Shown here piece after piece: positions 9,823-18,124 of a DNA stretch of 64,000 nucleotides. The stretch is from an uncultured beta proteobacterium. GTDB taxonomy: Bacteria; Pseudomonadota; Gammaproteobacteria; Burkholderiales; Burkholderiaceae_C. The stretch is from positions 10,896 to 74,895 of the forward strand of contig CAINUX010000022.1 in NCBI GenBank assembly GCA_903853895.1, in the 5' to 3' direction. A model generated the notes under the pieces. It was not told the origin of the DNA. It ran no database searches and saw only the letters and a program-made list of their open reading frames with translations. The position numbers and the translations under genes were made by a program. The number at the start of each line of letters is the position of its first letter. The stretch's first letter is position 1.

Positions 9823-12816
9823 ATGAAAAAGCAGCCCAGCGAAGCACCGGCCACCGACTCTGTAGGTTCCACGCCCACGCCCACCCACTTTCCCATAGTA
9901 GGCATCGGCGCCTCCGCCGGGGGCCTGGCAGCCTTTGAGGCCTTTTTCTCCGGCATGCCCGCCGACCGCGACCCGGGCATGGCCTTTGTGCTGGTGCAGC
10001 ACCTGGCACCCGACCACAAAAGTATCTTGAGCGACCTGATTCGCCGCTACACCCGCATGCAGGTGTTCGAGGTGGAAGACGGCATGGTGGTCCAACCGAA
10101 TTGCGTCTACATCATTGCGCCCAACTACGACATGGCCTTTTTACAAGGCGCGCTGCACCTGCTGGAGCCCGTGGCGCCGCGCGGCCAGCGCCTTCCGATT
10201 GACTATTTCTTTGAGTCCCTGGCGGCCGACCAGCGCGAGCTGGCCATTGCCATCGTGCTCTCAGGCACCGGCAGCGACGGCACCGCGGGCGTGCGCGCCG
10301 TCAAGGACGCCGGTGGCATGGTGATGGCACAAAACCCCGAGTCCTGCGAGTTTGACGGCATGCCCCGCAGTGCTATTGCCACCGGGCTGGTGGACTACCA
10401 GCTGCCCCCGGCCGAGATGCCCAAGCAGCTCATGGCCAACATTGCCCACATTTTTGGCAAACTGCCGCGCTCCGGTCAGCCCGCCAGCCTGAAGACCGAA
10501 GGTGCCCTGAAGAAGATCTTTGTGCTGCTGCGCGCCCAGACCGGGCACGACTTTTCGCAATACAAACCCAGCACCATTCACCGGCGCATCGAGCGGCGCA
10601 TGGCGGTGCACCAGCTGGAAACCATGGATGCGTACGTCCGGTACCTGCAGCAAACGCCTGCCGAGGTCGATGCGCTGTTTGGTGACTTGCTGATTGGTGT
10701 GACCAATTTCTTTCGTGACCCGGATGCCTTTCAGATGCTGGAAGACCAGGCCATCCCCAAGCTGTTCACCGGCAAGCCCAACGGCGCCACGGTACGGGTG
10801 TGGTCGGCCGGCTGCTCCACGGGGGAAGAGGCCTATTCGCTGGCCATATTGCTGGTGGAACGCATGGAGGCCCTCAAGCAAAGCTACACCGTGCAGGTGT
10901 TTGCCACTGATATTGACCCCCGTGCCATTGCCACGGCCCGCGCTGGCGTGTACCCGGCCAGCATCGCCGCTGACATGTCGCCCGAGCGGCTGGCGCGCTT
11001 TTTCACGCTGGAGCCCGGTGGCCAGGCCTACCGCATCCACAAGGGCATACGCGACCTGCTGGTGTTCTCCGAGCAAGACCTGATCAAAGACCCACCGTTT
11101 ACAAAAATCGACCTCATCAGCTGCCGCAACCTGCTGATCTACCTGGATGCCAACCTGCAAAAGAGACTGATCCCACTGTTTCACTTTGCACTCAACCCCA
11201 CTGGCATGCTGTTTTTGGGCACCTCTGAAGGCATCGGCGATTTCGAAAGCCTGTTTGCAGTGCTGGACCGCAAGGCCAAGCTCTACCGGCGCAAGGAAGA
11301 CCTGCTGGGTGCTCAGCGCAGCGCGCTGAGCCGTTTTGTTGCACCAGTTTTGGCCACCGAGGCATCCTTGCCCAGCCGTGGGGCTAACAAGGATGCATTC
11401 CCCGCCACCAAGCTGCCGCTGCGCGAGCTGATGGAACAGGCGCTGTTGCGCTACGTTGCCCCGGCCAGCGCGTTGGTCCATGCGGGTGGCGACATGGTTT
11501 ACCTGCACGGGCGCACCGGCATGTACCTGGAGCCCGTGGCCGGAGAGGCCGGCGTTCAAAACATCCTGAAAATGGCGCGCGACGGACTGCGCCCGGGTTT
11601 GAGCACCGCGCTGCACCAGGCCGCGGCCACGAACCAGCCCAGCGTTGCGCCCAACCTGCGGGTCAAGACCAATGGTCACTACACCCGGGTGAACGTCAGC
11701 GTGCACCCGGTGGCCAGTGCTGGCCCAGGCGCGCCGGACGCAACCCTCTACCTGGTGATGCTGGAAGACGCGCCCGAGCTGGCGGCCGCCCTGGAGGCAG
11801 CGGACGGTGCCAGCGCAGCCGCCACCCCCGAAGCCCAGGCCCGCATCGACGCGCTGACGCTGGAGCTGCGCGCCAAAGACGAATACCTGCAAAGCACGCA
11901 CGAAGCGCTGGAAAGCTCCAACGAAGAGCTCAAGTCCAGCAACGAAGAAATGCAGTCGGTCAACGAAGAACTGCAAAGCACCAACGAAGAGTTGGAGACC
12001 TCCAAGGAAGAGTTGCAGTCTGTCAACGAGGAGTTGGCCACCGTCAACACTGAACTGCAAACCAAGGTGATCGACCTTTCGCGCGCCAACAGCGACATGA
12101 ACAACCTGCTGGCGGGCACCGGTATTGCCACTGTGTTTGTGGATTTACAGCTGCGCATCCTGCGCTTCACCCCGACGGCCACCAGCATCATCAACCTGAT
12201 AGCAAGCGACGTGGGCCGCCCGGTGGCGCACATTGTGTCGAACCTGATGGGCTACACCAATCTGGTGGCCGATGCGCGGGCGGTGCTCGCCACGCTGATC
12301 CCCAAAGAGGCCGAAGTCCAAACGCTGGATGGCCAGTGGTACACCCTGCGCATCTTGCCCTACCGCACGCTGGACAACGTGATTGAGGGAGCGGTAGTCA
12401 CCTTTGTGAACATCACCGACGCGGTGAAGACCCGCGAAGCCCTGTACCAGGCCAAGGAAATGGCGCGCCTGGCGGTGGTGGTGCGGGATGCGCATGATGC
12501 CATTACCGTACAAGACCTGTCGGGCCGCACCATTGCATGGAACCCCGGCGCGGTGCGCCTGTATGGCTGGAGCGAGGCGCAGGCACTGGCCATGAACGTG
12601 CGCGAGCGCATTCCCGAAGGCCAGCGCGAAGGTGCATTGGACAAACTGACCCGCCTGAGCCGCGCCGAAGTGCTGGAACCCTATCGGACCCAGCGCCTCA
12701 CTTCAGCGGGTGCCGTGCTGGACGTGTCCATCATCTCCACGGCCCTGCTGGATGAGACTGGTACGTTGTACGCCATCGCCACCACCGAGCGGGCCACAGC
12801 GGGGGCAGCACCATGA
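9823..12816 (+). CDS. CheB methylesterase / CheR methyltransferase / PAS fusion protein
   Basis: CheB-like N-terminus (PIVGIGASAGGLAAF, LSGTGSDG) followed by the CheR SAM-methyltransferase motif VWSAGCSTGEEAYSLA. A heptad coiled coil (SSNEELKSSNEEMQSVNEELQSTNEELETSKEELQSVNEEL) comes next, then two C-terminal PAS-like domains. 997 aa. Confidence 0.9.
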   Translation: MKKQPSEAPATDSVGSTPTPTHFPIVGIGASAGGLAAFEAFFSGMPADRDPGMAFVLVQHLAPDHKSILSDLIRRYTRMQVFEVEDGMVVQPNCVYIIAPNYDMAFLQGALHLLEPVAPRGQRLPIDYFFESLAADQRELAIAIVLSGTGSDGTAGVRAVKDAGGMVMAQNPESCEFDGMPRSAIATGLVDYQLPPAEMPKQLMANIAHIFGKLPRSGQPASLKTEGALKKIFVLLRAQTGHDFSQYKPSTIHRRIERRMAVHQLETMDAYVRYLQQTPAEVDALFGDLLIGVTNFFRDPDAFQMLEDQAIPKLFTGKPNGATVRVWSAGCSTGEEAYSLAILLVERMEALKQSYTVQVFATDIDPRAIATARAGVYPASIAADMSPERLARFFTLEPGGQAYRIHKGIRDLLVFSEQDLIKDPPFTKIDLISCRNLLIYLDANLQKRLIPLFHFALNPTGMLFLGTSEGIGDFESLFAVLDRKAKLYRRKEDLLGAQRSALSRFVAPVLATEASLPSRGANKDAFPATKLPLRELMEQALLRYVAPASALVHAGGDMVYLHGRTGMYLEPVAGEAGVQNILKMARDGLRPGLSTALHQAAATNQPSVAPNLRVKTNGHYTRVNVSVHPVASAGPGAPDATLYLVMLEDAPELAAALEAADGASAAATPEAQARIDALTLELRAKDEYLQSTHEALESSNEELKSSNEEMQSVNEELQSTNEELETSKEELQSVNEELATVNTELQTKVIDLSRANSDMNNLLAGTGIATVFVDLQLRILRFTPTATSIINLIASDVGRPVAHIVSNLMGYTNLVADARAVLATLIPKEAEVQTLDGQWYTLRILPYRTLDNVIEGAVVTFVNITDAVKTREALYQAKEMARLAVVVRDAHDAITVQDLSGRTIAWNPGAVRLYGWSEAQALAMNVRERIPEGQREGALDKLTRLSRAEVLEPYRTQRLTSAGAVLDVSIISTALLDETGTLYAIATTERATAGAAP

Positions 12817-15098
12817 TCACGCCCAAGCCACCCCCAGAAACCGACGCGACATTGCGCCAGCGCGCTGAAGCCCAATGGCGCAAGCGGATCGAAAATTCAG
12901 CGGACGCGTTTGGCGATCTGACCCTGCGCGACACCAACCTTCTGATGCACGAATTGCACGTGCACCAGATCGAGCTGGAGATGCAAAACGAAGAATTGCG
13001 CCGCGCCAAGACCGAGGCGGATGACGCGAAAGCGCGCTACCAGGACCTGTATGACCTGGCACCGGTTGGCTATTGCACGGTGAATGCAGATGGTGTCATT
13101 TCGCAAGCCAACCTGACACTGACCACACTGCTGGGAGTGACCCACAAGGCGCTGATCGGCAAACCGCTGGCACGCTTCGTCTGCCGCGAAGACCAGGACA
13201 CCGTATACCGTGTGCGCCAACAGGTGCTGAGCCCCCCGGGAGCACCCGGGCATGCGGGCGCGCCACCGACCTGTGAACTGCGCATGGTGCGGGGTGATGG
13301 CGCAAGCTTTTGGGCGCAATGGACTGCCAGCACCAAACGCGATGCGCAAGGCGCACCCGAGCTGCGCTTGGTGGTGGTCGAAATCAGCGCGCGCAAGGCT
13401 GCCGAAGCAGAGACTTTGCTGGCCGCCAGTGTGTTCAAACACGCGCGTGAGGGCATCATGATCACCAGGCCAGATGGCACCATCATGGATGTCAATGACA
13501 CGTTCACCCGCATCACCGGCTACACGCGTGATGAAGTGGTGGGGCAAAGCCCGCGCATGCTGAACTCGGGCCGCCACGGGCCAGACTTTTACGTTGCCAT
13601 GTGGCAAAGCCTGAAAACAGAGGGCTACTGGAGTGGCGAGATCTGGAACCGGCGCAAAAGCGGTGAAGTATTTGCCGAGATACAAACCATCAGTGCGGTG
13701 CGCGATGCACAGGGGCAACTGCAGCACTACGTAGCGCTGTTCTCGGACATCACGGCGCAGAAGGAGCACCAACGCCAGCTGGAGCACATTGCCCATTTTG
13801 ACGCGCTGACCAACCTGCCCAACCGCGTGCTGCTGGCGGACCGCCTGCACCAGGCCGTGGCACAGGCAACCCGGCGCGGCGATACGGTGGCGGTAGCCTA
13901 TCTGGACCTCGATGGATTCAAGAGCGTGAACGACCACTACGGCCATGATGTGGGCGACCAGCTGCTGATTGCCCTGGCCAGCAACATGAAGGATGCCTTG
14001 CGCGAAGGCGACACGATGGCGCGCATCGGTGGCGACGAGTTTGTTGCCGTCTTTACCGATTTAACCCACCCGCAAGCCAGCCTGCCCCTGCTCACCCGGC
14101 TGCTGGAAGCAGCGGCCCAACCGGTTCTGGTGGGGGACATTCAGGTGCAGGTCTCGGCCAGCCTGGGCGTTACCTTCTACCCGCAGGCGCAGGAAATCGA
14201 GGCGGATCAACTGCTGCGCCAAGCCGACCAGGCCATGTACCAGGCCAAGATGGCGGGCAGGAACCGATACCACGTGTTTGATGCACTGCAAGACACCGAT
14301 CTGCGCGTCCACCATGAAGACCTGCACCATATTGAACGGGCGCTGGCGCGGCACGAGTTCGTGTTGCACTTCCAGCCCAAGGTGAATATGCGCACCGGCC
14401 AGGTCATTGGCGCCGAGGCGCTGATCCGCTGGCAGCATCCCGAAAAAGGTTTGCTGGCGCCAGCGACTTTCTTGCCCGTGATCGAGGAACACCCGCTGGC
14501 CGTTGCCATTGGCGAGTGGGTTATCGACATGGCATTGCAGCAGATCGAGCGGTGGCGTGAAGCCGGGCTTGACCTGGGTGTCAGCGTCAACATTGGTGCA
14601 CGACAATTGCAGCAGGGTGATTTTGTGGAGCGCCTGAAAACCATTCTGGCTGCGCACCCGAAGGTCGTGCCGTCGTGCCTGGAGCTGGAAATACTGGAGA
14701 CCAGTGCAGTGAAAGACATGGCGCAGGTGTCCAGTGTGATTGACGCCTGCCAACAGATGGGCATTGCGTTTGCGCTGGACGACTTTGGCACCGGCTACTC
14801 GTCACTGACTTACCTCAAGCGCCTGCACGTCGCGATGTTGAAAATTGACCAGAGTTTTGTGCGCGACATGCTGCAAGACGCAGATGACCGTTCGATCCTG
14901 CAAGGCGTCATCGGGCTGGCATCCGCTTTCAAACGCGGAGTAATTGCCGAGGGCGTGGAAACCATCGCCCACGGCACCGCGTTATTGGAACTGGGCTGCG
15001 ATCTGGCGCAGGGCTACTGCATTGCCCGGCCCATGCCAGGCGACGCCATGCCGGACTGGGTTGAGACCTGGGCTGGGGGCTCTAACCCTTTTGGGTAG
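12813..15098 (+). CDS. PAS-domain diguanylate cyclase/phosphodiesterase (GGDEF-EAL)
   Basis: ATGA overlap with the upstream gene. N-terminal coil HELHVHQIELEMQNEELRR followed by two PAS domains. GGDEF motif RIGGDEF, and EAL domain (EALIRW, DDFGTGYSSL, EGVE). Confidence 0.9.
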   Translation: MITPKPPPETDATLRQRAEAQWRKRIENSADAFGDLTLRDTNLLMHELHVHQIELEMQNEELRRAKTEADDAKARYQDLYDLAPVGYCTVNADGVISQANLTLTTLLGVTHKALIGKPLARFVCREDQDTVYRVRQQVLSPPGAPGHAGAPPTCELRMVRGDGASFWAQWTASTKRDAQGAPELRLVVVEISARKAAEAETLLAASVFKHAREGIMITRPDGTIMDVNDTFTRITGYTRDEVVGQSPRMLNSGRHGPDFYVAMWQSLKTEGYWSGEIWNRRKSGEVFAEIQTISAVRDAQGQLQHYVALFSDITAQKEHQRQLEHIAHFDALTNLPNRVLLADRLHQAVAQATRRGDTVAVAYLDLDGFKSVNDHYGHDVGDQLLIALASNMKDALREGDTMARIGGDEFVAVFTDLTHPQASLPLLTRLLEAAAQPVLVGDIQVQVSASLGVTFYPQAQEIEADQLLRQADQAMYQAKMAGRNRYHVFDALQDTDLRVHHEDLHHIERALARHEFVLHFQPKVNMRTGQVIGAEALIRWQHPEKGLLAPATFLPVIEEHPLAVAIGEWVIDMALQQIERWREAGLDLGVSVNIGARQLQQGDFVERLKTILAAHPKVVPSCLELEILETSAVKDMAQVSSVIDACQQMGIAFALDDFGTGYSSLTYLKRLHVAMLKIDQSFVRDMLQDADDRSILQGVIGLASAFKRGVIAEGVETIAHGTALLELGCDLAQGYCIARPMPGDAMPDWVETWAGGSNPFG

Positions 15099-15338
15099 AC
15101 CAGAGAGCGGGCCGCAATGCTTGGGTTGCTGCCCAACGCTTTGAAAGCCACCATTGCAGAAGTCGCTGCGTTTGATGGTGCGGATGTCAAGGCCTACTGT
15201 CAGGATGGGCAGGGGCAGCTGTGGATTGCCAAGCGCAACCACGGTTTTTTGCGCCATCCAAAAGGCTGGCGACTGGCGCCGGCCTACGACATGAACCCGT
15301 TGCAATGCGATGATGGCCGTACTGGCAGCACGGGGTAA
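15099..15338 (+). pseudogene. hipA (type II toxin kinase) remnant
   Basis: The 73-aa ORF contains WIAKRNHGFLRHPKGWRLAPAYDMNP. This matches the HipA_C catalytic-loop region (xxNHGFL...W+L(A/S)PAYD+NP), with an upstream WIAK motif fused directly to it. That implies a large internal deletion. No hipB is present. Confidence 0.6.
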
Positions 15339-15349
15339 ACTGAAAACCT

Positions 15350-17446
15350 ATGTCAAACCCATTGGTGTCGGATTCGCAGGTACTTCGCCAACGGGCAGAG
15401 CAAACCATGGGAAGCCGCGCAAATGTGCATACGGTAGCGGCGTATGCCGCGCTGACGCCCGACGCGCAACAACAGCTGCTGCACGAGCTGCAAGTGCACC
15501 AGATTGAGCTGGAGCTGCAAAACGAAGAGTTGCGCCGCACCCAGACTGCACTGGACACTGCACAGGCGCGCTATTTCGATTTTTACGACATGGCTCCTGT
15601 GGGGTATGTCACCGTGAGCGACAAAGCGCTGATCCTGCAAGCCAATCTCACCACAGCGGCGCTGCTGGGCATGCCACGCAGCAAGCTGATCGGCAAACCG
15701 CTGCCAGGCTTCATGCCCGTATCCGATGCCGACCGCTATTACCTGTTGTGCCAACAGGCGCAGGACAGCGGCAGCGCGCAGTCCTGCGAGCTGCAAATGT
15801 ACCTTGCGAACGGCAATGGGGTTTGGGTCAAACTGCAAGCCATTGCGGCCATCGGTGAGGACGGCTCAACGGTCATCCGGTTGGTGTTGAGTGACATCAC
15901 TGAGCGCAAGCAAGCCGAAGCCCTGCGCCTGGCCAACAACACGTTCCGCGATGCGATTCTGGACTCGGTCCCGTCCCAAATTGCGGTGCTGGATCACACC
16001 GGAACCATTGTGGCGGTCAACCAGACCTGGCGCGCATTTGCACTGGCCAACAGTGCGGTGCCCGGTGAGCCCGCCCGCCACACCCAGATTGGTACCAACT
16101 ATCTGGACATTTGCAGCTCGGCACAGGGTGGCGCTACCGACGACAGTGCTGCGCTGACGCGCGACGGCATCCTGCGTGTGATCCGGGGCACTGCGCCGAG
16201 CTTTGAGTTTGAGTACCCGTGCCATTCACCCACGCAGCAACGCTGGTTTTCTCTGGCGGTGACGCCCCTCAAACTGGGCGACCATGCGGTGGTTGTCACC
16301 CACACCGACATCACCCAGCGCCGGCAACTGGAGCAGGCGGCCAAAGAAGCCAGTGAAAACAAATTCAGGCTGGTGGCCGACAACACCTCCGATGGCATTT
16401 TGATTTTTGGCGCGAACAGGCAAATTCAGTATGTTTCGCCAGCCTACGTGAATCAACTGGGTTACAGCGAAGCAGAAGAACTCAATCGCTCACCGGACCA
16501 AATCTTCGCCCTGATCCACCCACAAGACCGCGATGCCGTGCTTTGCGGCATTGAGCGAGCGATTGCATCAAAACAAAGCGATCTGCTGTACGCGTACCGG
16601 ATTCAGCACAGGCTGGGCCATACCATCTGGCGCGAAGACCATGCCAGGTTTCAATACGATGGGTGCGGCAATTACGCTGGGGCATGCGTCGTCGCCCGCG
16701 ACATCACTGAGCGCATGCATGCGAAAGCTGACCTGCTTGAGACGAATCGCGTGCTCATTCAGACGCGCCTGCAATTGCGCGAGCTGCTGGCGCAGAACGA
16801 GGCGACGCTGGAGAATGAAAAACGCCACATTGCCCGCGAAGTGCACGACGAGCTGGGGCAGGTGTTGACCGCGCTGCGCATGGACCTGGCGCTGGCCGTC
16901 ATTCGACATGCCGCTCAGGCGCCAGACCTGCTCGATGAGCTCAACGGCATGAAGAATCAGGTCGACCGAGCCATTCAGGGCGTGCGCAGTGTGGCGAACA
17001 GTCTGCGACCGGCAGCGTTGGATATGGGCCTGGTCACGGCCATTGAATGGCTGTGCATGGAATTCACCAAGTACGGCGATGTAGAGTGTGGGCTGCATGG
17101 TTTCGATGAAAGTTTTGAAATCGACGATTCCCGCGCAGTGGTGATTTTTCGCATTGTGCAAGAGGCGCTCACCAATATCCGCAAATACGCGCAGGCGTGT
17201 GAGGTCAAAGTCACTTTGGAAATGCGCGGACCTGAACTGGGTGTCGAAGTGCGCGACAACGGGCTTGGCTTTGATCTGGCGGCGGTGGCCCAGCGCGGCA
17301 CCCTGGGCTTGCTGGGTATGCGTGAGCGGGTGATTGCCCTTGGCGGGCGGATTGAAGTGCACAGCACACCGGGGCAGGGCACGACGATCAGCGTTGTGAT
17401 TCCCCTTGAGCCCAAAGTGGCCAACGTGGCCAAAGGCCCCGCATGA
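15350..17446 (+). CDS. PAS-domain sensor histidine kinase (HisKA_3 / NarX-type)
   Basis: It has the same N-terminal coil module as the GGDEF-EAL protein (HELQVHQIELELQNEELRR, APVGYVTV) and three PAS-like domains. H-box is REVHDELGQ and HATPase boxes are QEALTNIRKYA, DNGLGF and GLLGMRERV. Confidence 0.9.
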   Translation: MSNPLVSDSQVLRQRAEQTMGSRANVHTVAAYAALTPDAQQQLLHELQVHQIELELQNEELRRTQTALDTAQARYFDFYDMAPVGYVTVSDKALILQANLTTAALLGMPRSKLIGKPLPGFMPVSDADRYYLLCQQAQDSGSAQSCELQMYLANGNGVWVKLQAIAAIGEDGSTVIRLVLSDITERKQAEALRLANNTFRDAILDSVPSQIAVLDHTGTIVAVNQTWRAFALANSAVPGEPARHTQIGTNYLDICSSAQGGATDDSAALTRDGILRVIRGTAPSFEFEYPCHSPTQQRWFSLAVTPLKLGDHAVVVTHTDITQRRQLEQAAKEASENKFRLVADNTSDGILIFGANRQIQYVSPAYVNQLGYSEAEELNRSPDQIFALIHPQDRDAVLCGIERAIASKQSDLLYAYRIQHRLGHTIWREDHARFQYDGCGNYAGACVVARDITERMHAKADLLETNRVLIQTRLQLRELLAQNEATLENEKRHIAREVHDELGQVLTALRMDLALAVIRHAAQAPDLLDELNGMKNQVDRAIQGVRSVANSLRPAALDMGLVTAIEWLCMEFTKYGDVECGLHGFDESFEIDDSRAVVIFRIVQEALTNIRKYAQACEVKVTLEMRGPELGVEVRDNGLGFDLAAVAQRGTLGLLGMRERVIALGGRIEVHSTPGQGTTISVVIPLEPKVANVAKGPA

Positions 17447-18072
17447 TCCGACTGCTGATTGCCGATGACCATGCGCTGATGCGAAGCGGCCTGAAGCAGC
17501 TTTTCGCAATGGCTCCCGACATGCAAGTAGTTGCTGAGGCCGCCAGCGGTGCCGAGGTGCTCGAGCGCCTGCGCCAGCAAGACTGTGACCTGCTGCTGCT
17601 GGACCTGAACATGCCCGGCATCAGCGGCACGGATTTGATAACGCGCGTCAAGGCGCACCAAAGCGACTTGCCAATCCTGATGCTCAGCATGCACAACGAG
17701 CCTATGGTGGCGGCGCGCATGCTCAAGGCCGGGGCCAGCGGCTTTATCACCAAGGACTGTGAGCCCGAGGTGCTGCTGGCCGCCATCCGCACCGTTGCGG
17801 CCCACGGCAACTACATTGACCCGGTAATCGCCGTCAAAATGGCGTTTGACGGCCCCTCTGCGCAACCAAGACCGCTGCACCTATCGCTGTCAGAGCGTGA
17901 GCTGGAAATTTTTCAGCTGGTGACGTCCGGCCACAGTCTCACAGCCATTGCCGCGCAACTGTTCATCAGCAGCAAAACCGTGAGCACCCACAAGGCGCGC
18001 CTGATGGAGAAGCTCAAAGTCGAGAATATGGCGGGCTTGATGCGCTATGCCATGCAGCATGAATTGCTATAA
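17443..18072 (+). CDS. NarL/FixJ-family response regulator (LuxR HTH)
   Basis: ATGA overlap with the kinase. Receiver domain (LLIADDH, LLLDLNMPG) plus a C-terminal LuxR HTH (LSERELEIFQLV...ISSKTVSTHKARLMEKL). Confidence 0.92.
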   Translation: MIRLLIADDHALMRSGLKQLFAMAPDMQVVAEAASGAEVLERLRQQDCDLLLLDLNMPGISGTDLITRVKAHQSDLPILMLSMHNEPMVAARMLKAGASGFITKDCEPEVLLAAIRTVAAHGNYIDPVIAVKMAFDGPSAQPRPLHLSLSERELEIFQLVTSGHSLTAIAAQLFISSKTVSTHKARLMEKLKVENMAGLMRYAMQHELL

Positions 18073-18114
18073 TATTCATAGCTGACCTATCATATCCCAC
18101 GGGGGCCAAATGGC
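18065..18114 (+). repeat. dispersed ~50-nt intergenic repeat, copy B
   Basis: Sequence is tgctataatattcatagctgacctatcatatcccacgggggccaaatggc. Its first 8 nt encode the last two codons and the TAA stop of the response-regulator gene. Confidence 0.7.
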
Positions 18115-18124
18115 TAAATGGCAC

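Noticed and set aside
11887-12063. 21-nt periodic DNA repeat that could be mistaken for a tandem-repeat or CRISPR-like array
   Set aside because: It lies inside a continuous ORF and simply encodes the heptad coiled coil. The units are degenerate at DNA level, contiguous without spacers, and no cas genes are present.
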